A program made the position numbers and the translations under genes. A model generated the notes under the pieces. The model saw only the letters and a list, made by a program, of their open reading frames with translations. It was not told the DNA's origin and did not search any database. From Kiritimatiellia bacterium (GTDB lineage: Bacteria > Verrucomicrobiota > Kiritimatiellia > RFP12 > DVOR01), in NCBI GenBank assembly GCA_036651955.1, contig JAVVWU010000005.1:1153-65152 (forward strand): DNA of 64,000 bases, written 5' to 3'. Below are positions 54,819 to 62,472 of this stretch, piece by piece. Each line of letters starts with the position of its first letter. Within the stretch, counting starts at the first letter, position 1.

Positions 54819-55574
54819 CTAGCGTTCCGTCGCACAAAGGCGTGAGGCATCAAACATAATTCCGGCGGCATAAATGAGCACGCAGGAAGCAGAGAGGTAA
54901 CCAATCATTGTTCGCCCATCAATGATTCCTCCGGCGCAATCGTAAATCTGTTCTTGTAAAGGAAACCAAGGCCATTGCGCACGAAGTTCAGGAAACCAAA
55001 GCGTAAGGAGTAAATACACGGCAGGAGGCGCCAATAAACAAACGAGTAAGACTAAAAAGATTGTAGCGGCAGAGCTTCGCGTGAAAAGGGAGACAAACGT
55101 CCCAATACTGCTCCAAAGTAACGATTGTAAGGATAGCGCAAAAAGGGCAAAAAGAAAGCCTTGCCACGCGCCGGGGATTTGAGCCGTTTCAGGTAAGATC
55201 CAATGGATGATGATCCAACAGCTCAAGCCTGTTCCACCCACATAAATTATACAGAGAAGCCATGCGGCAAAAACTTTTCCGAGAACCCAATACCGTGCCC
55301 GTACAGGCGTTGCGAACATTAGCCGCATCATTCCAATTTCGCGATCATGTGTGAATCCACGTGAGGCGGCAACGGCAGCTAGAAAAGGAAGCCCAAATGC
55401 AACGGAAAGTCCCCACAATGCCGGCAACGTCTCAAAACATCCTTCGGCACGCCGAAGCAGCCACACGAGCAATGCCCCCGAAGCTCCCATCGCAAAAAAG
55501 AGCGGTAACAACCCGTGTACCGAGCGTATGAGTTGTTCCCATTCTCGCCAAATAAGCGTTAAGAGTAGATTCAC
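54819..55574 (-). CDS. ABC-2-type transporter permease (hypothetical substrate)
   Basis: 251 aa with about six hydrophobic helices. Its start overlaps the stop of the upstream ABC ATPase gene. Confidence 0.5.
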   Translation of the reverse strand: MNLLLTLIWREWEQLIRSVHGLLPLFFAMGASGALLVWLLRRAEGCFETLPALWGLSVAFGLPFLAAVAASRGFTHDREIGMMRLMFATPVRARYWVLGKVFAAWLLCIIYVGGTGLSCWIIIHWILPETAQIPGAWQGFLFALFALSLQSLLWSSIGTFVSLFTRSSAATIFLVLLVCLLAPPAVYLLLTLWFPELRAQWPWFPLQEQIYDCAGGIIDGRTMIGYLSASCVLIYAAGIMFDASRLCATER

Positions 55575-56290
55575 GGCAAAACTTTCGGTGAGGGCGACAG
55601 CCGTTCAAGCACTTCATCAAAGGTTAATCGATCTGCGACTAAACGCGCATGATCCACCCACGCAAAGCGCGTGCAACAGGCGGCAAGCATTTCCGGATCA
55701 TGCCCACTGATGAAAACGTGTGAACGTTGAGAAACGTCTTGAATCACACGGATAAAGGACGCACGCATCGCCGCATCAATTCCAGAAAAAGGGTCATCAA
55801 GGACAAGAATTTGCGGCAAGGTCAGTAACGCTTCTGCTAATGCGACACGACGAATCAGACCATGCGAAAAGGTCCCCAATCGTTCTTTACGCAAATCTTG
55901 TAATCCACATCGTTCCATCGCTTCATTCACACGACGGCGAATGCGTAAAAAACGCTCTCCACGTAAACGCGCTCTGAATCGAAGATAGCGCCCGACGCTC
56001 ATTTCAAGAAAAACGGGCGAACGTTCGGTCAGATAGCCGACATGACGCCGATACCCGACGCCTGTTGCCGAGTCAAAACGTTTCGTACGCCCATGCAAAT
56101 CGGTTACCGTCAGTCCGATGTGTCCGACTTGGGGGACTAACGCACCTGCAATCAGCCCCAATAAGGTACTTTTACCTGCACCATTACCACCGACAACGCC
56201 AATGACTTCCCCTGCCGACGCTTTCAACGAAGCTTCGGACAATCCTTTTTCAGGTGCATAAAGGAAGGTGACATTGGACAGTTCAAGCAT
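55571..56290 (-). CDS. ABC transporter ATP-binding protein
   Basis: It has a Walker A motif (GGNGAGKSTLLG), a signature-like segment (FSHGLIRRVALAEAL) and a Walker B motif (ILVLDDPFSGID). Confidence 0.8.
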   Translation of the reverse strand: MLELSNVTFLYAPEKGLSEASLKASAGEVIGVVGGNGAGKSTLLGLIAGALVPQVGHIGLTVTDLHGRTKRFDSATGVGYRRHVGYLTERSPVFLEMSVGRYLRFRARLRGERFLRIRRRVNEAMERCGLQDLRKERLGTFSHGLIRRVALAEALLTLPQILVLDDPFSGIDAAMRASFIRVIQDVSQRSHVFISGHDPEMLAACCTRFAWVDHARLVADRLTFDEVLERLSPSPKVLP

Positions 56291-56295
56291 GGCAG

Positions 56296-57504
56296 TTAAT
56301 TACGCAAAAGGTGATATCCAGCACTTTCAAGTGCGGCATGAATCGTACCAATCTGTTCAAAATCGCGCGTTTCAAGTTGAAGGCTCAAGACGCAGGAGGC
56401 AAGCGCTGTCTCCATTGCCGAAGGACCGTATGAAACGCCAATGACATTACCGCCACTTTGGGAGACAATCGCAGAAACGGCAGCTAACTGTCCCGGCTTG
56501 TCCGGTAATGCCAGCTTAATTTCAGTGCGGCGTCCGCTCGCTTGCAATCCACGGTAAATCACGCGGCTCAGAATATTGACATCAATGTTGCCACCCGAGA
56601 GAAGGCAACAAACAGTCTTACCGTGAAGCGTGGGGATCTTATCGAAAATCATAGCAGCAACAGAAACCGCACCGGCACCTTCACATACGAGTTTGCGCTG
56701 TTCAATCAAGAAAAGAATGGCGGCGGCAATCTCATCTTCGGAGACGGTTACAATGCCATCGACATATTCATTGACGAAATTATACGTGAGGTCACCCGGA
56801 TGTTTGACCGCAATACCATCGGCAAAGGTATTCGCCGATGAAAGGGTGAGCTTATCCTGCGCTTCAATCGAACGTTTCATCGACGGAGCTTCACTGGCTT
56901 CGACACCATAGACCTTGCATTCCGGCTTGAGATGCTTTATCGCATACGCAACGCCGGAAATCAATCCGCCACCGCCGACGGGAATCAGTACGGCATCAAC
57001 ATTCGGAAGCTGTTCGAGAATCTCTAACCCAATGGTTCCTTGTCCTGCAATAACATCGGAATCATCAAAAGGATGCACGAACGTCATTTTCCGTTTTTTA
57101 CACAGCGCTTCGGCATAGGCACCGGCATCATCATAAGTCCCGGGGACAAGATGCACTTCGGCTCCATAGCTTTTCGTGGCTTCCACTTTTGAAATCGGCG
57201 CAATGTCGGGCATACAGATGATGGCTTTCGCCTTCGTCTTTTGCGCGCTCAACGCAACACCCTGCGCATGATTCCCTGCACTGCAAGCAATAATCCCATG
57301 GGCGAGTTCTTCTTTGGTGAGCTTAGAGATTTTGTAGTAGGCTCCGCGCACCTTAAAAGATCCGGTGACCTGAAGATTCTCCGTCTTGAGATACACCTTA
57401 GAGTGGGTGGAAAGTTTTGGAGCGTAAATCATATCCGTCTTGCGAGCGACCTCTTCGAGGACTTTTGCCGCTTTACGAATATTATCCATAGACAATTCTG
57501 ACAT
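56296..57504 (-). CDS. ilvA: Threonine ammonia-lyase (threonine dehydratase), short form with one ACT-like domain
   Basis: It has the PLP lysine motif (GSFKVRGA), SAGNHAQGVA and the glycine loop (PVGGGGLISG). The start is ATG 57504, or alternatively 57528. A TTG start at 57576 is unlikely because of the upstream terminator. Confidence 0.85.
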   Translation of the reverse strand: MSELSMDNIRKAAKVLEEVARKTDMIYAPKLSTHSKVYLKTENLQVTGSFKVRGAYYKISKLTKEELAHGIIACSAGNHAQGVALSAQKTKAKAIICMPDIAPISKVEATKSYGAEVHLVPGTYDDAGAYAEALCKKRKMTFVHPFDDSDVIAGQGTIGLEILEQLPNVDAVLIPVGGGGLISGVAYAIKHLKPECKVYGVEASEAPSMKRSIEAQDKLTLSSANTFADGIAVKHPGDLTYNFVNEYVDGIVTVSEDEIAAAILFLIEQRKLVCEGAGAVSVAAMIFDKIPTLHGKTVCCLLSGGNIDVNILSRVIYRGLQASGRRTEIKLALPDKPGQLAAVSAIVSQSGGNVIGVSYGPSAMETALASCVLSLQLETRDFEQIGTIHAALESAGYHLLRN

Positions 57505-57581
57505 GACGTCTCTCTTTCTTTTCTGCATGCTATTATAGCCCACTGTCACCGTCAAGGGAAACTCAATTGCCGGCAAGATTC

Positions 57582-57611
57582 AAAAAAGAAGCGCCCGCAG
57601 CTTTTGCGGGC
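57582..57611 (-). terminator. Rho-independent terminator downstream of nrnA
   Basis: On the minus strand the sequence reads GCCCGCA-aaagc-TGCGGGC followed by GCTTCTTTTTTG. Confidence 0.55.
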
Positions 57612-57621
57612 ACAAGAACCT

Positions 57622-58662
57622 TTATTCGGCAACGGTAGCGGAAGGCTTTTGAGCCTCAAAAAGGCTGGCTAAATAGTCTTTAACTAAAGGAAGTGCACGG
57701 GAGAGTCGCACGGGGATATCGCATCCTGCGGCACGAAGATGTCCGCCTCCGCCAAAATGATGCGCGATGGAGACAGCTGAAAAATAAGCGTTCTCTTCTC
57801 GTGTACGAATACTTAACCGCGTGACATTCGGTTTGTCACTTGTCTCATAAAAGAACAGTGACACTTTTGCCGTGGGAACGGAACGCGGGATATCAATCAC
57901 GTCTTCCACTTCACTCTTAGGAACGCCCGCAGTCTTGAAATTACCGGCAGTTAAACTGATGAGTGAAACTTTTCCTCTAAACCATGTTTGGAGCGAATCA
58001 TACGCACGGCGACGGAGATAGAGCGCTCCCTCACTGGCATAAAGATAAATCCGGTCATTGATGGAAGAGGAATCAACTCCGCAAGCGAGCAATTCTGCGC
58101 CTGCTTTCATCGTAGAGGTATGCGTGCAAGAGTACGAAAAACGCCCCGTGTCTGTAATCAATGCGACCCAAAGGGCTTCCGCTGTCTCTTTATCAAACGT
58201 CCATTTCCAGCGTTTGGCAAAGCGATAAACTAATTCACCCGTACTACTGGCATCGGGCACAACCCAACGGGCAATGCCAAAAGGTACACTTGTAACATGG
58301 TGATCCAGATTGACAATCGGCAGTTTCGCAACCGCTTCCCGAAGGGATCCTTCGGGAATACGATTCAATCCGGAGCAATCCAAGACAAATGCGCAATCGT
58401 AATCTTTTGCACGAACCTTCGTTGGTACGATGCAATCGGCGTAGTCTAAAAGAAATTTGGGCGGTCCCATTCCAATGGAGGACAATGCGACCGTGGGCTT
58501 CCAACCATTGGCTTTCAAAAGACGCGCCATGGCGATACAACTTCCCGTTGCGTCGCCATCCGGGCGCGTATGTCCAGTGATAAGGATACGCTGATAGTGC
58601 TTCAGCGTATCGAAAAGTGCTTTCGCACTTCCACGTGGACGATGTGTGAAAGCCTCAGTCAT
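57622..58662 (-). CDS. nrnA: DHH/DHHA1-family phosphoesterase (NrnA-like oligoribonuclease / pAp phosphatase)
   Basis: It has ILITGHTRPDGDATGS, NLDHH and the DHHA1 motif (GGGGHLRAAG). The ATG at 58662 shares one nucleotide with the upstream stop (TAATG). Confidence 0.75.
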   Translation of the reverse strand: MTEAFTHRPRGSAKALFDTLKHYQRILITGHTRPDGDATGSCIAMARLLKANGWKPTVALSSIGMGPPKFLLDYADCIVPTKVRAKDYDCAFVLDCSGLNRIPEGSLREAVAKLPIVNLDHHVTSVPFGIARWVVPDASSTGELVYRFAKRWKWTFDKETAEALWVALITDTGRFSYSCTHTSTMKAGAELLACGVDSSSINDRIYLYASEGALYLRRRAYDSLQTWFRGKVSLISLTAGNFKTAGVPKSEVEDVIDIPRSVPTAKVSLFFYETSDKPNVTRLSIRTREENAYFSAVSIAHHFGGGGHLRAAGCDIPVRLSRALPLVKDYLASLFEAQKPSATVAE

Positions 58663-60818
58663 TAGACGTTGGTGGGCTGAAATTCGGTCGGGATTTGTGA
58701 AAGCCAAGCGAAAATGCTGTCATCAAGAGGTGCAATCGCTTTCACGGTCGCTTCAAGTACGCCTTTTTCTCCGGGGATTTCAACTTTTTCACCGGCACGT
58801 TTTCCGATCAATGCAATCGCTAAACGTGAACGGCAAGAAATAATATTGAGCGCTTCATCACGATCAAGTTCTCCCAAAATCGTGTAGAGAGTTGAACCTT
58901 GTGCAGTCTCAACGGTAACGCGCGTTCCCGGCTCCGCGACTTCGCCAGAAACACCGGAAAAATCGCTAACCTTGAGCGGCTTAAGAACGCGGTTCATCTC
59001 ATCTTGCTTGGAGAGAAGGACACGCTGATGATCTTTGGCAAACTGATATTCCGCATTTTCACGCAAGTCACCGTAGCTACGTGCCGTCGAAATGTCGCGA
59101 ACATTTGCCGGCATTTCAACGTTAATGAGATGATCATACGCCAGCTTATAAGTCGTCAACGAACGCAAGGACGTCAAATGCAGATGCTCTTCCTGTGCCT
59201 TGGCGGCACGGCGGAGCTGATTCAGTGAAGGATCAAAACGCGCCATACGCACGAGAATGTTACGTTGAGAACTCGTCTCCCACGAAACAGAGGCTTGAAT
59301 GCGCTCGAAAATAACTTGACGATCGAAACTCGTCAATTGCTTGCAAAGTTCCTCAAGCCAACGTGCACTGTCAAAGAAAGCCTGCAAAGCGTTCCGCATC
59401 TTGAGATTCTCGCCTGTGAGACGCTGCTCTGTAATGTGAATGGCTTGCATCACAAGCTCTAACAGTGCCGGCGTCTGCCATGCTTCTGCCGCTTCACGAT
59501 TACGCAACGCCCACACGACTAACGTCGGAACAGGTGCCGAACGACGCGCCAATAATGCGCGAACGGCATTCCCCACTTCAACGTCACCTTTGAGGGCGTC
59601 TAACGTAGCACCCAGCGCAACACTGTTCAGAACGGGGATACGCTCCAAAATGGACGGCTTGAGTTCAGGCTTCACCGCCAAGAGAAAACCAACCAATGCT
59701 GCAACATCACGCGCAGAAAGCCCGTGCATTGCCAAAAGAATATTGTCCTGCTCGTCCTTCTCGACCAGCGTCTCCGCTTGAAGAACTTGTTCTTCGGGAG
59801 TCGAAAGCTCCAATTTACGCAACAATACTGCCACTTGCGCATAGCGCGCATAGTCTACTTTATCGGCGCCCTTGAGCGCGAAATTCAGACGTGTGGCAAA
59901 CGTTTCCTTGTAACTGTCAGGAATAATACCTTTGTTCGCGAGCAGGAAATTTTGCACAGAATCATAAACCGACTTGATATCACGTTCTTTTGCAAATGCC
60001 TTCAGCCACTTGTCACCAAACGTCTCGGCCTCATCTAAGAGCACCAACGGTTCACTGCGCTTTGTCGGAATATCAACAGGGTGAACTTTATCAGCCTTTA
60101 GACCACGGCGCGCAGCTTCCCAAAAAGCTTTCCATTCCGCGACAGGGACTAATCCAATCTCTGCGAGACGATCTGCCAAACGCTGAACGGGAAGCGGTCC
60201 GTAACTCTTAAGTGTAAGGCGAACGAGTTCCGCCGGATGCTTCTTTGTAAGCTCAATAATCGCGTCCTTATTACGAAGGTAACGCGTCATCAAATGGGAA
60301 TCATCAGCGACACTTAAGCTCTGCCCTGCGACAGCGAGCGACATGGTGTGACCTTTTTTACCTTCAAAGTCAATAATCACCTTGCCATAAAATGTATCAA
60401 TCGACTGGATTTGTCCGAAGCCCCAAGATTGGCTGCTTACATAAACACCGGGCTTGAGCGCGAGCAACACCGTTAAGCGGTGAACAATCGCCGGCGCAAT
60501 CGCCGTATTTAATCCGATGGAATCAACGAGCAACTTTTCTTCTGACGTTGTCGCACTCCGGCGAACGATTTCACGCATCTGCGCTAAATCAATTCCCTTG
60601 AGCTCTTCGCTGTGTTGCCCATAAAAATCAACGCAGGCAATGACGCCAAGCAAATTTTTAGCCTTTACAGCAGTTTCAGTTAAAGTTACAAATGCGCGTA
60701 TTGCGCCCTTTGCATCTTCGCTTAATTGCGAACCAATCAAATCAAGCACAGCAGAAACATCGGTTGTTTCAGCTTCAAATAAATTCTGAATCTCTATTCC
60801 GAACGCAACTTTGTCCAT
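58662..60818 (-). CDS. greA: Long GreA-like transcription elongation factor (about 718 aa, large N-terminal extension)
   Basis: The C-terminal ~160 aa are GreA-like (YGDLRENAEYQFAKDHQ, then the FKBP-like domain VAEPGTRVTVE...YTILG...ISCRSRLAIALIGKRAGEKVEI). The preceding ~550 aa carry no motif I recognise. The ATG at 60818 is preceded by GGAAGGAA. Confidence 0.7.
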   Translation of the reverse strand: MDKVAFGIEIQNLFEAETTDVSAVLDLIGSQLSEDAKGAIRAFVTLTETAVKAKNLLGVIACVDFYGQHSEELKGIDLAQMREIVRRSATTSEEKLLVDSIGLNTAIAPAIVHRLTVLLALKPGVYVSSQSWGFGQIQSIDTFYGKVIIDFEGKKGHTMSLAVAGQSLSVADDSHLMTRYLRNKDAIIELTKKHPAELVRLTLKSYGPLPVQRLADRLAEIGLVPVAEWKAFWEAARRGLKADKVHPVDIPTKRSEPLVLLDEAETFGDKWLKAFAKERDIKSVYDSVQNFLLANKGIIPDSYKETFATRLNFALKGADKVDYARYAQVAVLLRKLELSTPEEQVLQAETLVEKDEQDNILLAMHGLSARDVAALVGFLLAVKPELKPSILERIPVLNSVALGATLDALKGDVEVGNAVRALLARRSAPVPTLVVWALRNREAAEAWQTPALLELVMQAIHITEQRLTGENLKMRNALQAFFDSARWLEELCKQLTSFDRQVIFERIQASVSWETSSQRNILVRMARFDPSLNQLRRAAKAQEEHLHLTSLRSLTTYKLAYDHLINVEMPANVRDISTARSYGDLRENAEYQFAKDHQRVLLSKQDEMNRVLKPLKVSDFSGVSGEVAEPGTRVTVETAQGSTLYTILGELDRDEALNIISCRSRLAIALIGKRAGEKVEIPGEKGVLEATVKAIAPLDDSIFAWLSQIPTEFQPTNV

Positions 60819-61013
60819 GACTAAAATTCCTTCCAAGTGTGTTTGCGGCGTAATTCGCGAGAGAATAGCAAATGCTTATTCGAATAGCAAATCTTTCGAT
60901 CACAAAACGTGCTTCGTTAATAGCTTTTGTGCTGAAACTCCTGTGGAGTTCTGATAAATATTCCGAACTTCCATACGCGCGCGTCATTCAATCTCTTCTC
61001 TGTCGCTCCTCCT

Positions 61014-61378
61014 AATCTGCATAAGTCCACATAATGGTCTGAAAGAAAACGACACTTATGCAGAATGGCACAGTTCCGGCACAGGAGGGAGGGTGCGGCG
61101 CCTCAGTGAGGTACAGCCACTACCTCACTGAGGTACGAGGTCAGGGTCAGTGAGGTACGAGCTCTACCTCACTGAGGTGCGCGATGAAACGTTTTGGAAT
61201 ATCTCTTGAAATCTTCTGTAGGTATCAATAACGTACGAGAAATGAACGGCTAATGGATGCACCTCGAGGCAGTCGGGCGCATCCGAAACGATGAACAGAT
61301 TTTTTCTGCCATAAGGCGCGTATTAGGACGCTGTGATTCTGCATAAGTGTTGTTAAGAAACAAGGCTCTATTTTGATT
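61014..61378 (+). repeat. Composite intergenic repeat element, copy B (paralogous to 29981-30347)
   Basis: It has the same block order and orientation as copy A. The inverted pair is at 61014-61026 and 61054-61066, the palindrome array at 61101-61178, the conserved block ends at about 61231, and the distal block is at 61336-61378. Confidence 0.8.
61101..61178. repeat. Array of four TACCTCA-N-TGAGGTA palindromes with centres exactly 22 bp apart (copy B)
   Basis: Palindrome centres are at 61106, 61128, 61150 and 61172. Both hairpin readings are perfect in this copy. Loop 1 (cagccac) differs from copy A, while loop 2 (cgagctc) is identical. Confidence 0.8.
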
Positions 61379-61493
61379 CCGTGACAGGACAGGTTGCATT
61401 CACAAGCGCTTCCTTACTATAAGGAGGAGCGTTTAACTTTTCTTCTTATTATCGACTTCAACAGGATGAAAGCGGATAGAATTTTCTTGCGTC

Positions 61494-61522
61494 TTGCTTT
61501 TTGATGTGAGGCGCGCAATAAT
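61494..61522 (+). promoter_or_regulatory. Candidate promoter for purC
   Basis: TTGCTT, a 17-nt spacer, then AATAAT. It lies about 35 nt upstream of ATG 61558. This is based on hexamer resemblance only. Confidence 0.25.
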
Positions 61523-61557
61523 GTACGGCATCTTTTTCTAACTTAAGGAGTACTGCA

Positions 61558-62472
61558 ATGAAGTTTGATAAACGTGGCGCACTGATGGAGATTGAGATCC
61601 CCGGTCTTGTAAAGAAGCAGGGGAAGGTGCGTGATATTTATGATTTGGGCGATAAGATGTTGATCGTCGTGACCGATCGTTTGAGTGCTTTTGATGTCAT
61701 TATGGACGATGGTGTACCCAATAAAGGTAAAGTTCTCAACAGCATTTCGACCTTTTGGTTCCGTAAATTTGCCAAGCTTTGCCCCAACCATTTGATTTCT
61801 GCCGACATTAAAGACTATCCTGCGCCTTTTAATGGAATGCCGGAGTTGCAAAATCGTTCGATGCTCGTTCGTAAACTTAAAGTTATTCCTTATGAATGTA
61901 TCGTGCGCGGTTATCTTACCGGAAGCGGTTGGGCGGAGTATCAGAAGCAGGGGACGGTGAATGGGCAGAAACTTCGCGCAGGATATCAGAACGCTTCGAA
62001 GTTGGACGAAGTACTGTTTACGCCGACAACAAAGGCTGAAATCGGTGACCACGATATGGCGATTAGTGTTGCTGATATGTCGAAAGACATCGGCACTCCA
62101 CTTGCCAATGAGCTGAAAGAACTTTCAATCCGTATCTATTCCGAGGCTGCAAAGTTTGCAGAGACACGCGGTATTATTCTCGCCGATACAAAGTTTGAAT
62201 TTGGCGTTAACGAAAAAGGCGAAGTTGTTCTTGCCGATGAGGTGCTAACGCCTGACTCGTCGCGTTTTTGGGCGAAGAAAACGTATGCTGTTGGTTCTAA
62301 TCCGCCGAGTATGGACAAGCAATTTGTGCGCGACTGGTTGGATTCCATTCAGTTCAATCATCAACCGCCAGCGCCCGCATTGCCCAATGAAGTGATTGAA
62401 AAGACGCAGGCAATTTATGCCGAGTGCTATGCCCGCCTCACCGAGGGTGAGACTTGCGCACCTGCGTTGTGA
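61558..62472 (+). CDS. purC: Phosphoribosylaminoimidazole-succinocarboxamide (SAICAR) synthase
   Basis: 304 aa with GKVRDIYD, IVVTDRLSAFD, RGYLTGSGW, LADTKFEFG and PDSSRFW. The RBS is TAAGGAG. Confidence 0.95.
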   Translation: MKFDKRGALMEIEIPGLVKKQGKVRDIYDLGDKMLIVVTDRLSAFDVIMDDGVPNKGKVLNSISTFWFRKFAKLCPNHLISADIKDYPAPFNGMPELQNRSMLVRKLKVIPYECIVRGYLTGSGWAEYQKQGTVNGQKLRAGYQNASKLDEVLFTPTTKAEIGDHDMAISVADMSKDIGTPLANELKELSIRIYSEAAKFAETRGIILADTKFEFGVNEKGEVVLADEVLTPDSSRFWAKKTYAVGSNPPSMDKQFVRDWLDSIQFNHQPPAPALPNEVIEKTQAIYAECYARLTEGETCAPAL

